DNA of 62,952 nt, filler included, from Hyphochytrium catenoides (Eukaryota; Protista; Hyphochytriomycota), in NCBI GenBank assembly GCA_900088475.1. It is 6 parts of 6 records of this genome, joined end to end, with 100 filler letters (N's around TTAATTAATTAA, not from the genome) between each part and the next. Parts side by side here need not be neighbours in the genome. Positions count along the whole stretch, not along the records: positions 1 to 24,963 come from FLMG01004615.1; positions 25,064 to 37,435 come from FLMG01001698.1; 4 more parts are not named here. One strand, given 5' to 3'. This document shows positions 14,801 through 27,646 of this stretch, in pieces. Below the pieces are notes generated by a model. The model was given only the letters and a program-made list of their open reading frames with translations. It did no database searches and had not been told where the DNA came from. Both the position numbers and the translations under genes were made by a program. The stretch's first letter is position 1, and the number at the start of each line of letters is the position of its first letter.

Positions 14801-16239
14801 ATTGGCTCTTCGTTTACCCTCTCTCTCTCTCTCTCTACTTAGGGCTGTTCTGTTGCAACGCTTTCTTTATTCTTGCCTTCGTTAATGTTTCTTTGAGTCC
14901 ATTCACCATGAGATGTCCACACTTTCATTACCTCTATTTCAACAGTCATGGAAGCCAACTTGCCCTTCAGGTCACGATAGGCCTGTGAGCCGTTCCGCGA
15001 CCCTGACCCATAGCTTGCAGGGGCTGTCCGGGCAGAGAGAAGAGAGATATCTGTCTCTGCCATTGAGCTCTTTCTTGCAGAAAGTGAAGACTCCCAATCA
15101 TACTTCCTTGCCGCACTTTCAGGCTAATATCAAGAAGAAAGATGGAAGAGTAATGGGAACCATTGGCACAAAGCGTGAGACTCCCGGACAGACGAGGAGA
15201 TGAAGGGCTAAATCACCTTTTCAATAGGGAACGAAGAATCACGTCTGTCTGACGACGTATCGGACAGGAAAGATCGCGATGTTAAAAGGGACTGCCGCTC
15301 AAGTTCCACCTCCGTCTCAACTTCATCCAGAAACTGGAGGAGGCCGGAGACTTTGGCGCTTCCTTTCGAAAATCTTCCGGGGTCCCGGCTTCCTGTAGTG
15401 CCTATTTTCCTACTGCTGGCATTTTTTGCTGTCTCGTGCTCGTATACCTCCTCTTCCTTCATTCCCGCATTATCGTCCTTCTTAAAATTCTCTTTCCAGG
15501 CAGATGACAACCTTGGGGTATGTCCTCGAACGACATCATTAACTTGTCGGACAGGTTGAGTCTCTTCTGGCTGTTCCTCTTTCTTATTGCTCGCTTCTGT
15601 CCTGTCCTCAGGGGCACCCGTAAGCGAAGCTTTCAGGATTTGTCCGAGTTCCTCTTTCTGGTTGTCTGAACCACGATTATATGATAAAAGGACGGAGCAA
15701 GAGTCAAGACCATTGTCACTGATGTAATATAGGAGTGAAAGAGAAGGTTGGACGACGTAAGTAAAAATCCCCGCTGCGGACTAGGAGAGAGGGGTGTCTA
15801 TCTTTGAGATGTTTTCGAAAGAGGTCATACCGCCATCGTCTTGTGCCAAGAGCTCCGTCTGAGGCTGCAGGGCAGTGTACTCGGGGAAGTCGGAGCTGTC
15901 ACTATCATAATCTGCAGCACTGCCTGAAAGGTTATCGAAATCACCATAGCGATTGATGAGCTCTCGGCGGTCCTTGAGGCTCTTCGTGCTCGAAACGCTA
16001 TCCCAAGCTCTCCCATCACCCTCGGGTTTGTGAAGAGATAGTCTTGGAATGGAGGATGTTATGAGCTTAGCAGCTACCTGGCCTTTGGATGGTGACACCC
16101 CTGTGCTCAGGACAGGAGAGAAGCCTGACACTGACGGTGTTTCGGAGTTTTTGAGGACGTCGGTTTTGCCGCCTTCGCTTAGCAGAGCGTTGTTATGGGC
16201 TGAGAGCCTGAACGGGGAGGGCCTGGACATTGATTTCAT
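11824..16239 (-). CDS. CEP131: CEP131/AZI1-like centrosomal/ciliary coiled-coil protein, multi-exon
   Basis: Spliced exons give YEAAIERQLGFVDRLLADK, KEIKERTIKGLEPELQGILQKHKQDL, ERDREIDLVIRKL and C-terminal EEELDALHGRVRQAIAKKDDII, which match conserved AZI1 blocks. Start codon uncertain. Confidence 0.8.
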
Positions 16240-17644
16240 TATTGTAGGTGCGTGTATCTCAGGCTTTCCTCTTCTAGTAATTCAGAGGACATGATCAGCC
16301 CAAGAATAGATAGTCCATGGTGCTCTAGCCCTCAGCCCAGTAAAGAGCTCCTAACTTGAGATAACCAGAGAGTTATTGGGCTTTGAGGCTCCATAATTCT
16401 CGAGTTTCTGGACCGATCTCCGAATTTCAGAGACGCAATTAAGGTCACGAATTTTCTTCAAGCTGCGGAACTGATCTCAGTAATACAGTAATAAGATCTA
16501 TTCCCTACTGGGACGCTATTTATTCCAGATGATGCTTATAGCTGTAACGGATGAAAGCTTCACGAAACTTTGGCAAAGCCTTTGGGGCCGTTACTTTTGG
16601 GTGCGCCGGGGCGCTCTCTCTTTTATCTCCCCTCTCGCTCTGTCTCTCTCTCTGTCTGCCTCTCTCTCTCCTCCCTTTCCTTCCTTCCGACTCTTCTGAC
16701 TCGTTGTGTCTCTTTTCACTCTCTGTCTAACCCTTTTCTTCCCCTCGTCTCTCTATTTCTACGCGTGCACTGTCCCTCTGTCTCTCTGTCCCTCTCGCTC
16801 CTTGGCTCCTCGTTGTCTTTATCCTCCTTCCCCGGCCTCGTGTTCCTTCTCTGTCTGCTCTTCGCTCTTACTTATAAGCGTTTCCCCATTCACCTCCCAC
16901 GCCTCTCTCAATAGAACCGACTTGCTCCGCAGTCCGCTCCTCTTTCTCCAAGTGAGAGGGAGGCGAGAGAGAACAAACAGGAAGGTCGGTAACTGGGAAC
17001 ACCTAAGAAAGCTCCCGGCTGTATGAGTGTCTTCGGGTATGAAAGGAGAGAGGGGCATCCTTGGTCAACGAGGCCGACCAGTTAGTTGCAACAGTGATAT
17101 TAATTTGTCAAGAAGGAGAGGAAATGGTGGATGAGGATGAACCTATCTCTCTAACGTGTGATAGGCACTGCCATAGTAGTGTTGGGAGGTAATCCAGAAC
17201 CGACTTCTTGAAGAACCTGAAAGGAGGTAACTTTTGGAAGGGAGAGAGGGATGAGCACTGCCCTCCATTCGCCAGATATAGCTGCCGCAGCCTCTCATCT
17301 GCTTTGACAGTTGTCGCGGAGGAAAAAGTTTCTGTGACCCGGAGTAGCCTCTCCAGACCGCTCCGACTTCTGAAGAGAAAAAATGTTCGCCTAGGTCTGC
17401 CAGCAGTAAGCGCAGATGCAGCATCAGTAGGGCTCAAGCTCTATTAGCCGTCTTAATGAACACTTAAGGAAGTCTACTCGGAAGCTGCGGCCATAGAAAC
17501 AAAGCTCAATGAGTGGTACGAACATGAGCGAACTGGGGCCGAGAAGGCTACCGATGTAAGGGTATTCTGCATTGTTCTCTTCTTCTTTCTCGTCTGGCCC
17601 CTTGCTGACCATAGAGCGGGAGGGCGAGGTACGCCTCTCTAACT

Positions 17645-18847
17645 ATGACTGAGCAACGGCAGTCGCCCTCTTCTTCCCGTGGCCAAGGGGCTTTAAGCCC
17701 TCAAGCTCTTGCTAGTCCCACAGTTTTAGGAAGAAAGGTTGTCGCGTTAAGACTCGATGGCCTCAGATCTCCCACGAAGAACACCAGCTCCCCTAAGAGC
17801 TATGAAGAGAAAGAAGGAACAGGAAAAGCGAAACTTCTCTCTCCGACGCTTACCTTCAACATTGGCGCTCTACAGACTGTGACGGTCCAAATGGGAAAGA
17901 AGATCACCCAAGATCATAAGTCCAAGAAGACAAAAGAGAGTAAGTCTGAAGATGAAGTGGCCTCCAGTACTCCGAGAACCGCTCCTCTTCCTCGACCCGC
18001 CAGTCCTCTAGATATTGACCTAAAGCCCACAGCACGGACTGATGCTCCCTGGCGGACTTCAGAATACCGAGAGACAGAGTTGTCATCGCAACATAGCCAA
18101 GAGCCTTGTCCTTCCCCTTTGGAAAGACTTGAATCCGTCTCGGTTTACTCCGTCGAGAAAGAGGGAGAGACAGCAAGACTAATTGAGGCGCCATCTCCAG
18201 CATCTGGAGACCCTCCCTTGCCCTCTCGCCTTCTCCCAGCGGTTATGGATGTCACAGTTTCTTCACCTTCGAGCGCAACGACCCTCACTACAGATCAAGA
18301 GAGAGAGAAGACAAAGATACAGATTTCTTCCCCCTCTTCGTCTTCCAGTGCTCCCATTTCGCCGGCTCAGAGGAGTGGGAATGACGCCAAACAAGCATCA
18401 GAATCTCTTGGTTTTGGTAAGAAAGACTTAGGACCCGTGAAGGTAACTTCGAAGCACCAATCCTTTGGTGGGGCGAAGAGCCAGCAGAGAGACAAACTAG
18501 TGGGAAGTCCTAGCAGTATTCTGGGATCAAATAGTTCAAAGACAGCTTCTTTTGGCTCTCCTGCTACGGTGCGGAGACCCCTAGACACCGTAAAAGAGAA
18601 AGGAGAAAAGCCACAAGGTGCAGGAGGAGGAAGAGAAGTGACTGGTGTGGTCTTGCCCGCCAAAACAAGAGATAGCTTCTACGGCCCGGAGGTAAAGCCA
18701 AGGTCAGACAGTCTTCCCATGCCCCTAGGCCCAGGAAAAGATGGGACAACTCCTGCTTTCCTCCCGGTTCTCCCTCAACCAGCAAGGCCCAAATCGGGGT
18801 TACTTTCCCCACGTGACGGCTCCTCTCGCTCAAGTAGTAAGAAGTAA
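17645..18847 (+). CDS. Ser/Pro/Lys-rich, probably disordered protein of unknown function (400-aa ORF; extra 5' exons possible)
   Basis: 1.2-kb uninterrupted ORF not driven by microsatellite, with many SP/TP sites and no recognisable domain. Confidence 0.55.
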   Translation: MTEQRQSPSSSRGQGALSPQALASPTVLGRKVVALRLDGLRSPTKNTSSPKSYEEKEGTGKAKLLSPTLTFNIGALQTVTVQMGKKITQDHKSKKTKESKSEDEVASSTPRTAPLPRPASPLDIDLKPTARTDAPWRTSEYRETELSSQHSQEPCPSPLERLESVSVYSVEKEGETARLIEAPSPASGDPPLPSRLLPAVMDVTVSSPSSATTLTTDQEREKTKIQISSPSSSSSAPISPAQRSGNDAKQASESLGFGKKDLGPVKVTSKHQSFGGAKSQQRDKLVGSPSSILGSNSSKTASFGSPATVRRPLDTVKEKGEKPQGAGGGREVTGVVLPAKTRDSFYGPEVKPRSDSLPMPLGPGKDGTTPAFLPVLPQPARPKSGLLSPRDGSSRSSSKK

Positions 18848-19464
18848 CGGAACTGCTGCAAGCCGAGAGAGGAATAGAGAGAGAATGAGCAATGGAGAGG
18901 GAGAAAGAGAGGAAGACATAACCTTGACGGTTGCCTATTCTGTTCTATGGGAGACCAGAGCGGTCTCCTTGTAATTGTCTATGTCTGCCTGTGTCTCTAC
19001 GATAGAGAAAGAGGGAGTACGGCCCATGATGTGCTGAGCGGAGCTCCAACAGGGGACGAAGGAGCAAGCTTCCAGGACAGACACACACACGGAGAGAGAC
19101 AGAGAGAGAGAGAGAGTAAGGCAGTAATCGCTATCGGTTTTGGTTGCACACTAACATGAGGATAGCAAATGCATCTATGATCGGCACGACCATCCTTTGC
19201 ACACGTGCTTATGTCTCTCTGAACATGCACTATCTCTCGCCTATACCTTGGCCTCACTTGGACAAGCACAGCTGACCGCTGACCGCACCGACGCTCAACT
19301 GAGCTGTGGCATGTCACTTCAAATGGAGAAGGAGCGAATCAGTGTATAGCCTGTTACTGAGATGTTAGGTTCAGAGAGATGTAGGGAAGCAAGAGAGGTG
19401 CAGGAAGAAACTTCGAAAGTCCGCGAGAGAAGAAAGAGAAAAAAACAACAAAATAGATATATTT

Positions 19465-19495
<31 letters not shown>

Positions 19496-19756
19496 AAAGA
19501 GAAAGAGGGAGATTACGGAGCTAGATAGCTGAACGAGGATTAGCAGACTTTTTCTACACCACCAAGCTGCTATCTGACTTCCGTTGGGGAAGAAGAGATG
19601 CAGGAGAGGAAGACACTCCAAGGGGTAGAGAACGTTGATCACCGAAGGGTTTTAGCGAACCAGGACATTTTGATGTACATATGAAGGAACAAGGAAGGGA
19701 GACGTAACCTAATTAAAGGAGCATAAACTCTCTCTCTCCTCCCCGGCCTTTCTTTT

Positions 19757-19790
<34 letters not shown>

Positions 19791-20778
19791 CAGCAGAGTA
19801 TTGGGTCCGTGCTCTGCAACGTGTCTGTGGCTCTCGTTGTTGTCTAATCACATGCATGCAAGATGCATTGGTGCGTGCGCGATGCCAAGAGGAACACAGA
19901 GGAAAAGCTGGCCTACTATAGTAGGAAGCAGTACCCTGATCCACCACTAAAAGGTAAGCACACAGAGAGAGAACGAAAAGAGAGAGAATGCGGAGAGGGA
20001 AAGTAGATAATAGACAAGAAGATGAAGGAGAGAGAAAGGAGAGAAAAGTGAGGCTGAAGGAGATTGACAAAGAGACATAGAGCGAAAAGACAGAGGGAAA
20101 AAGAAGAAATAGAAGAATATTTATGGGTTGACGAAGGTTGAACGAGAAAAAGAGAAGACAGAGACAGAGAGACAGAAAGAAGAGGAGGAGAGGGACAGAA
20201 AGAGAGAGACAGAGCGAGAAAGACAGAAAGAGAACAAACAAGAAAGAAAGAGCAGAGAGAAGAAAGAGAGAAGCGCTGTACTGTAACGGACTTGGAAAAC
20301 GGTAGTGCCTCTCTCCTAACATTATCAAGGGGAATCACAGTCCTAAGCTTTATTAGACCGAGTGACCCAGGGCGTCAAAGTAGAAGACAGAAGACGTAGG
20401 AGAGGAGGAAAGGAACAGCGCCAAGGAAGAGAAGTGAACCAAGAGCGACGGAGGGAAGAGAGAGAGAGAGAGACAGAGCAGGAAATGGCCAGATCAGTAT
20501 ATGTCGTATGATAGAACAGGAGAAGAAGAAAGAATGGACGGAGAGGAAGAGCATGACCCAGAGTGATGTGAGCTTGTCTTCGCTGGAGAAGGGAGAGACA
20601 CATGAAGCAAGGGATCAATAAGAGTGAGAGTCCTTGAGAAACGAGCCCCAGTGTTTCTGCAGAGAAGCTCCGCTGCAGCTAGCGTCCGCGCAGGACTAGA
20701 GGCATTCCAGTCTTAAGTCGTAAGCAAAGTCGTAAAGAGACATAGAAGAGAGATAGCCAGAAGAGAAGTGTATGAACT

Positions 20779-23700
20779 ATGTCAACCCTAGTGGTGCCTC
20801 GGCGGCAGGTGCGGGCCATAGATAAGGATCTCATAGAGCAGGCCTTGCTTGACGAGCAGAGAGCACGACAGGGAGACGATTTGGTGGACAGAGAAAGCTC
20901 TCTGGCCAAAGTCTCAGGTGGAGGCAACGGACGGGAGGATTGCCTGGCTCTCCCTCCTTTGGGTGACGTTGAGGTTTTGAAGCTAAGCTTCAAATGTGTT
21001 CAGCCTATTTCAAACCTAGGCAAGTAAAGGATAGACCTTCTTTCCTCTCTCTCTCTTTCGCTCTCTCTCTCTTTCTCCGTCTCCGTCTCTGTCTCTCTCT
21101 CTCTGTCTCTCTCTGTCTCTTTCTCTCTCTTTCCACCTACTGATCTTCCTCTGGTCAACACGTTTCTTAGTACTGAGTTTCTTAGCTGCTGATTCGTGTC
21201 ACAAGCCGCATCGTGAGGCCAGAGCATGACTTTCTCTCTTTCTCCTTGTTTGTCTCATTTTGCTGCTAGCCGCGTACTTTGTCTCCTGACACACACACAC
21301 ATTCTCTCTCTGCATCACTATGCCTGTCGGCCACATTTAGATGGATTCGATCGACTTCACACGCTCTGTCTGGATAACAATGCCATTGAGAAGATAGAGC
21401 ATCTGGGGCATCTCGTGAACCTGCGCTGGCTGGACTTGTCCTTCAACAGCATTAGGACGATCGAGGGACTGGAAACACTGACCAAGCTTACGGATCTGTC
21501 ACTCTTCAATAACAAGATTGAGACCATTGAGAGACTGGAGCACTGCCAAGCATTAGAGGTGAGAAGACCTTGATCTAGAGAGTGGAGCTTGTCAAATGCT
21601 TCTCGTCCTCTGTTGAACCTCAACAGTGTGCGCTCTGTGTCTTGCTTGCTCTCCGTTGCCAAGATTCTCAGTCTCTCTCTCTATTAAGCATGTGCCGTCT
21701 AGTGTCTGTCTTTGGGCAATAACAGGATAAAGGCGCTGGAGAGCATCATGCACCTTCGAGCGCTGAAGGCCTTGAAAGTATTGAATCTACAAAGGAATCC
21801 AGTCTGCAAGGACCCAGAGTATAAAGCTTTCGTCCTGGCCTATCTTGATCCTCTAGTCTTCTTAGACTATTGTGTGGTTAACTTGAAGGAGAGAGCAGCG
21901 GCCAAGGAGCAGTACCAAGATGCCCTGACCGACATCCAGGAGAAGGAGGCGGTAGTCAAGCATAGGTGAGGAAGAGTATGGGGCAAAACAAGAGAAGTTA
22001 AGGGCTGTTCCTTCTCTTACCCTCTCTTCGTCCTCTTTTTAAGCATGCACACGAATGAACCAGTGCATCCTCTCGATGGGGAGCAGACAGGCTTTAAATG
22101 GACTGAAGCAGGGTCTCCAGTCCGAGAGGAGAAAGGAAGAAAGAGAGATGATAGACCATTCGGTCCAGGGCGCCATGCCGTAGCTACTGAAGGTCTCCTT
22201 ACAGAGCTTCTGAAGGAAGAGCCATCCGACTCTTCCATGCAGGTGACGCTGGTACCAGGCATGTCGGGCTTGCTTTCAAGCTTCAGAGAGCAGTATACAC
22301 TGGAAAGATGTAAGAAGGACGAAACAATTTTTCTTCGTTGTCTCTCTTCTTCTGGTCAAAAGTCCTCACGTCGCCCTGAGCAGCCATCCTTTGTAACATG
22401 CGAAGCGTCATCCTTCCTCGTCGTTTTTCCCTCTCATCTCAAGCAGTCCGTAGCCTTCCATGCGAAGCGTCATCCTTCATCCTTCCTCGTCATTTTCCCC
22501 TTTCCTCTCAAGCAGTCCTTAGCCTTCCTACCTAAACTATACGTTCTGTCCGACCTCTTCCCCGTCTCGCATGTTCATCTCCCCTTAGCAAGTTATCTTA
22601 CAAAGGTGACGGAGAGGAGTAAAAGGATCCAAGAAGCGATGCAGGAGTTTCAACAGCAAAAAGAGAACCTGGACACAGGGCTGCAGGAGAAGTCTATTGC
22701 CCTGGTAAGGCAGAAGAAAGCCTATATCCTTTAAGACCGCCTCCTCTCTTCTTCGATTGCATGGTAGATTCCCTTTGATGGACGGTGTTCGTCTAAGAGG
22801 CATTCTTCCTTCCACTTCCCCTTCTATATTACCTTGTGTTCGCACTCGTATAGGTCCGTCAATTTGAGAAGCTCAAGCAGCAGAAGAACCAGGCGGCTAT
22901 AAAGAAGGATAGCGAAGGCCAAGGACGCGTCAGCCGTCGCCCGGAGACTACCTTGAGCTATCTCTCTTTGCTTAACAGCCTGGACACCCTTCGCTCGACA
23001 CTGTTCGACATCGAGATCTATCGCACTGATCAGGCAGAGCGCCTTATTGAGGGTCTGGCGGCGGCCTTTAGCAGGTTTAAAGATGAAGGACTCCAGGTAG
23101 GCCAAAAGGATGAAGGAAAGGCTGGAGCGGGGTTACCTTATTTCGTTAGTTGTAGGCGGGGTAAGAGATGAGCTGGGACTACGAAGATAAGAAGAGAGAA
23201 CTGGGACCTAGAAGAGGACACGACGTGTGCTAGAGTCTAACAGAAAGAGAAAAGAGAGAAAAGAGACAACAGAGAGAGAGAGAGAGAGGCAGAAGGAGAG
23301 ATTGAGGAGAGAGAGAGAGAAAGAGAGCACAAGAAGGACTGTTCTGGTCCTCCAGGAACATCACCGGCAGAAGTGTAGTTGGAGCAAGGTAAAGCTTCTA
23401 CTTATGACGATCTGGTGGACGTTGCTAAGAGGTGAAAGAAGAACAGAGAAATGGGAGACGAGAAGCAATCTGATGATTCTTACACCTCTTCGGCAGGACC
23501 TGCAGCAGTTCTTCCGGGCGATAGAGTCAGCAGTGGACAAGCTGTATGAGGGACAAAAGCAAAGCGCTATCGACTCTTGCGATGCGTTCGCTAGAGGAGA
23601 GATGAATGAGGCAGAAATGCAGCCTCAAGTCACTGATCTCTTGAAGGACAAACCGCTGCTTCTATCTTCTCTCCTTTCAAGCCATGATTACCGCGTGGGT

Positions 23701-24033
23701 CTCCTCCTTACCGCTGAGGAAGACGCAAGGAACCAGGAGATGGACTGGTTTGAGCAAGTCCTCATTGGAAGAAGGGAGGATGAGTATGCGAGGAACAGGA
23801 CGGCAGTCTCAGATATCACCTGGCAGTACGATACACTAAAGGCTGAGACCGTGGAGATGGCCAGGCTGGGAGAAGGAGAGGAAGGAAAGGAAAGGGCGAA
23901 AGAAGACGAGAGGGTGCTGAATAAGGGAGAACACCGAGTAGGAGGGGTTGGCAGTCCTTCGCCTTCCTCTCTAGCAAGCTCTTCGCCACCTTGGCAGGAA
24001 AGTGCACATCGTCAGGCAGAGCTCGTAGGATAG
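20779..24033 (+). CDS. DRC3: Dynein regulatory complex subunit 3 (LRRC48), LRRs plus coiled coil, 7 exons
   Basis: LKLSFK...[59 protein letters not shown]...Y..FVLAYL..L.FLDY, then a coiled coil with SHD..V..L...EE and E..RNR..V.DI. First intron is GC-AG. Confidence 0.88.
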
Positions 24034-24784
24034 ACAAGGCCTAATGGAGTAGCACAGTAACCTTTACACCGATTGCGTCCGTCATCTCTACTCTGCCATC
24101 AGGATAAAGCTATGTCTCTTCTCCGTGCTCGGAAGTCTCTGTGCCCATGCCAATTTTGTCTCACCCTGTCATTTGTGAGTTTAGTCTTCTTCTATGTGAT
24201 CAGGGGTGGTCTTTTCCCTGAAAGCCATTTCTCTGTCTCTGTGTCTCTCTCGTTCTCTTCCTACCGCCCTCTTGGTCCCCCACATAGTTAGCACAATAGA
24301 CTTTGTCCCTCGAAGTATCAGAACCTTTGTACAAAGAGTGAGGATCAGGCGAAAGCTATAGGAGAAGGGGTTAACGTAGCTAGACCTTGCAGATGGGATA
24401 TATGTGGGCCAATCCTGCATGGGCGCATGTGTGGAGGTCTATGTTTGTTTAGAGGGGTGAGGCCATTCGCAATGCAAACCGAGAGATCTTAGACTAAGTA
24501 ACACAACTAGGCGTTGATGTCCTAACCTCCTGGCTTGTAGCACAATGTGTCCTCCTCCTCTCACTCCTTGCAATCTCCTCCAACCTGATGAAAGGAGGAC
24601 AGAGTGGCGATGGCACGGATGGACACGGACCATAAATGGAGGCAGCATCCTCCGTGCTGAAACCCATCTTCCTTGCAAGTTCAGGACTTGGTAGCTCGAG
24701 CTTTGAACCAAGCAATATCAGCTTGGAGAGGAAGTTGCACGAGGTGACCCAGGAAGGCACATTGCGCTAGAAGAGAGGAGAGGA

Positions 24785-24963
24785 CTGTTGGCTGAGACAG
24801 ATCTTCTTTGCCTGTCTATCCCTCGAGATCTCCATTCCGAGAAAAAATTTAAGTTCTCCCAAGTCCTTCATCTTAAAGTTCTTCATCAAAAGAGTCTTCA
24901 AGTTGTTGAGAGCTTCCCAGTCGTTGGAGGCAAGGATCAAGTCATCAACGTAGATGGCAATGA
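24785..24963 (-). mobile_element. Ty1/copia reverse transcriptase fragment at contig end
   Basis: Minus strand reads IAIYVDDLILASNDWEALNNLKTLLMKNFKMKDLGELKFFLGMEISRDRQAKKICLSQ. Confidence 0.9.
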
Positions 24964-25007
24964 NNNNNNNNNNNNNNNNNNNNNNNNNNNNNNNNNNNNN
25001 NNNNNNN

Positions 25008-25019
25008 TTAATTAATTAA
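25008..25019. other. Artificial contig linker TTAATTAATTAA between N runs (also 37480-37491, 50866-50877, 57623-57634, 61024-61035)
   Basis: Identical palindromic 12-mer with stops in all six frames, always centred in N runs. Confidence 0.97.
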
Positions 25020-25089
25020 NNNNNNNNNNNNNNNNNNNNNNNNNNNNNNNNNNNNNNNNNNNNACGCCTACACGATGAAGGAAAAGGCA

Positions 25090-25228
25090 ATTACTCCTTT
25101 GAACATGTGAGAGAGAAAGAGAGAGCATGTGAGAGAGAAAGAGAGAGCATGGTAAAGAGAGAGAAAAAGAAAGAGAGACACAGGAGACAGAGAGAAAGAC
25201 AGAAAAAGGGAGAGAGAGAGAGAGAGAC

Positions 25229-25261
<33 letters not shown>

Positions 25262-25286
25262 CAGAGAGAGAGACAGAGAGAAAGAC

Positions 25287-25317
<31 letters not shown>

Positions 25318-25342
25318 CAGAGAGAGAGACAGAGAGAGAGAC

Positions 25343-25374
<32 letters not shown>

Positions 25375-25385
25375 AGGGAGAGACG
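25090..25385 (+). repeat. (AG)n/(AGAC) microsatellite tract; similar tracts at about 136-196, 840-970, 1400-1530, 2010-2200, 47460-47550, 48540-48690, 61375-61500
   Basis: Directly visible dinucleotide repeats; they generate many spurious SLSL/RERE ORFs. Confidence 0.95.
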
Positions 25386-27646
25386 AGAGCAAGTTGATGT
25401 CAAGAGGAAGGCTGTGATGATGCGAACGGGACGAAGTCTGTCCGACAGTCTATGATGATAAAGATTTTGTCCCTGAGCATCAACCGCCCGTCGCACACTT
25501 AGTATAATTCTCTGTGGTAGTCCCGTAGTCCTATCCCAAACCTACTCCGCCCAAGCAAGTCATCAAGGTCACGTGGCATCAACCAAGTCAGAAGAGTAAT
25601 AATATGGCATCATCAGCCTGTTAGAGCGATAGAGATAACTAGTAGTAACCCACCTGTTTGGTTTATTTCAATGCTTTCCACTGGAAAGCTTCGCTCTAAA
25701 TCTCAACAACGGCTATCATATCCTACCCCTAAACTTTCAACATTCCATTCCTAGCCGTTAGCGGATAGATCTCCCCTGTATGTTTGATAACTAAATGCTG
25801 AAGTTCTTGCGGTGGTCTGGACCGTCGGGATCTTGGGAATTTCGGTAGAGCAATGAATAATTTTTCAGATGCCTCGCTTAACAGGGATCATTGCACAATT
25901 CCCTGAGGTCTAGGAGCCCTTTGAGCAGCAGATCAGGTTCAAATTTCAAAGCTTGCAAGAGAGCCTACACCAAGCCCGAGGGTCAATCATCGCGCCGACC
26001 ATATAGTAGTATGACATCACATTCTGCCAACGTTAGAGACCGCCCAGACATCAAGAACAAACCACTGGCTCAAACGTTGGTAGGATGTGGTGTCGTACTT
26101 TCTGGTTCGCACGATGGCTAAGCGGCCAATTGAGGAAGCATGTAAAGCTCTTAAGCGGCCAATTGAGGAAAAATGTAAACCGCGAAAGCTTAATGCTCCA
26201 TCGAGACATTGAGGAACTCTTTTCTGAGATCTAGTGCTCCAGGCTTTCGGATGTTACGTGAACAAAAAGAGGTAGACTTTGATAAGGCTGAACTCCTCCG
26301 TCCGACCGTACAATTCTCACGAGGTAATTGGAGTCGGCTCTCGGTGCGTAAAAGCTTTAACATTACCCGACCGCTTATCCTATTAATCCAGATGGGACTA
26401 AAGAACAGAGCCGACTTGGACGACCGAGAGCTACATTTAGTCACAGAGTCTTCATGAACTTCTACTACACCGACATCTTCAATCTAAGGTGTCGAAGAGT
26501 CCTGAACCAAAAGCCCCTAAAGGACTAAACACCAGTGAAAGAAGAGGCATAATGTTTTTCAGACCCTTGACCTGAAGGCCAGGGGCATAAAGTCGTCCTT
26601 CTCCGTCCTAGACTACTCAGATTCGGTGCTATGCAGGGGGCAAGCTGGCGATCTGTTGGTCCCTCACGATTAGAACTGCGTCGTCTGCGCCAATCTCAGT
26701 ACTGTCAAGCTGGAAAGCGGGGTCATTAAAAATATGGTCAGTTACTCGATGTACTGGCCCTGGTAAGTGCTTTGTGACTGCAGCCGGCGAATTTTTCTGA
26801 ACTGCAGTCATTTGCTCTTGTCGAAACAAGTTGGACTGTGAGCCCACTTCAGGATCGTGCTGACGCTCATGGCCCTAAAAACATAACCATCATTGATAGT
26901 CCACTTAGCTATCAGTGGTAGTTCCTAAGGAGAAGCTGTTCTCTTTGTCCAAGGTGGTGTAACATGTCAGACTGTGCCAAGCATCTTGTGTGCGACTTAG
27001 GGCTTTAAAAAAAAGCAACCCAATCTCTGTTATTATGCTAAGATCTTGCTCGAGCGAAGACGCTATTGGCAGGGATATCGTATGAGATAGTGCCCAGTAC
27101 CATTTGATGAGGAATCTCAGTAGGAAAAAACTCTCTCAATCACACGGAAGATCGACCCAAGAGTTTCTCTAATGGAGGTAGTTAGCCAGGAATATACATG
27201 GATACAAACGCGACGCTGGAAGCGTGAAGTGTGGCCGAGGGACTCAGCACTCACTGAATATGTGTTCGGGTGAATGACTCAGTACCTTGTTTGGGTACCC
27301 TAAGCCCTAAGGCTTTATGTGCAGAACTATACTAATCGCAATCATGAGCTTGAGGTTAAAGCACTCATTAGTACCTTGCTAAGGTGCAATGTAACCACCT
27401 CGGACGGCCAATCAGCTAAACACCGCCATCACCGAAGCTCTTTTACAGCTTACAATGTCTATCTTTTGGGCACCCCTTCGAAGGCCTCCTTCTTCTAAGT
27501 GCCTGGATGGAATAGCTGTTAATAAGGCAAAAAGACAGTCTCTAGAGAAGAATCAATCGGCTGACATTATCAGGGCAGCGAAGAGGAGGCACTTCTCCTC
27601 CTCTTTACCTGTAAATAATAAACTAATACAATGAAGTGCTCATAGA

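Noticed and set aside
22100-22200. Apparent frameshift in DRC3 exon 4
   Set aside because: The CATAG|GTGAG donor and the TTTAAG| acceptor at 22043 keep the frame open.
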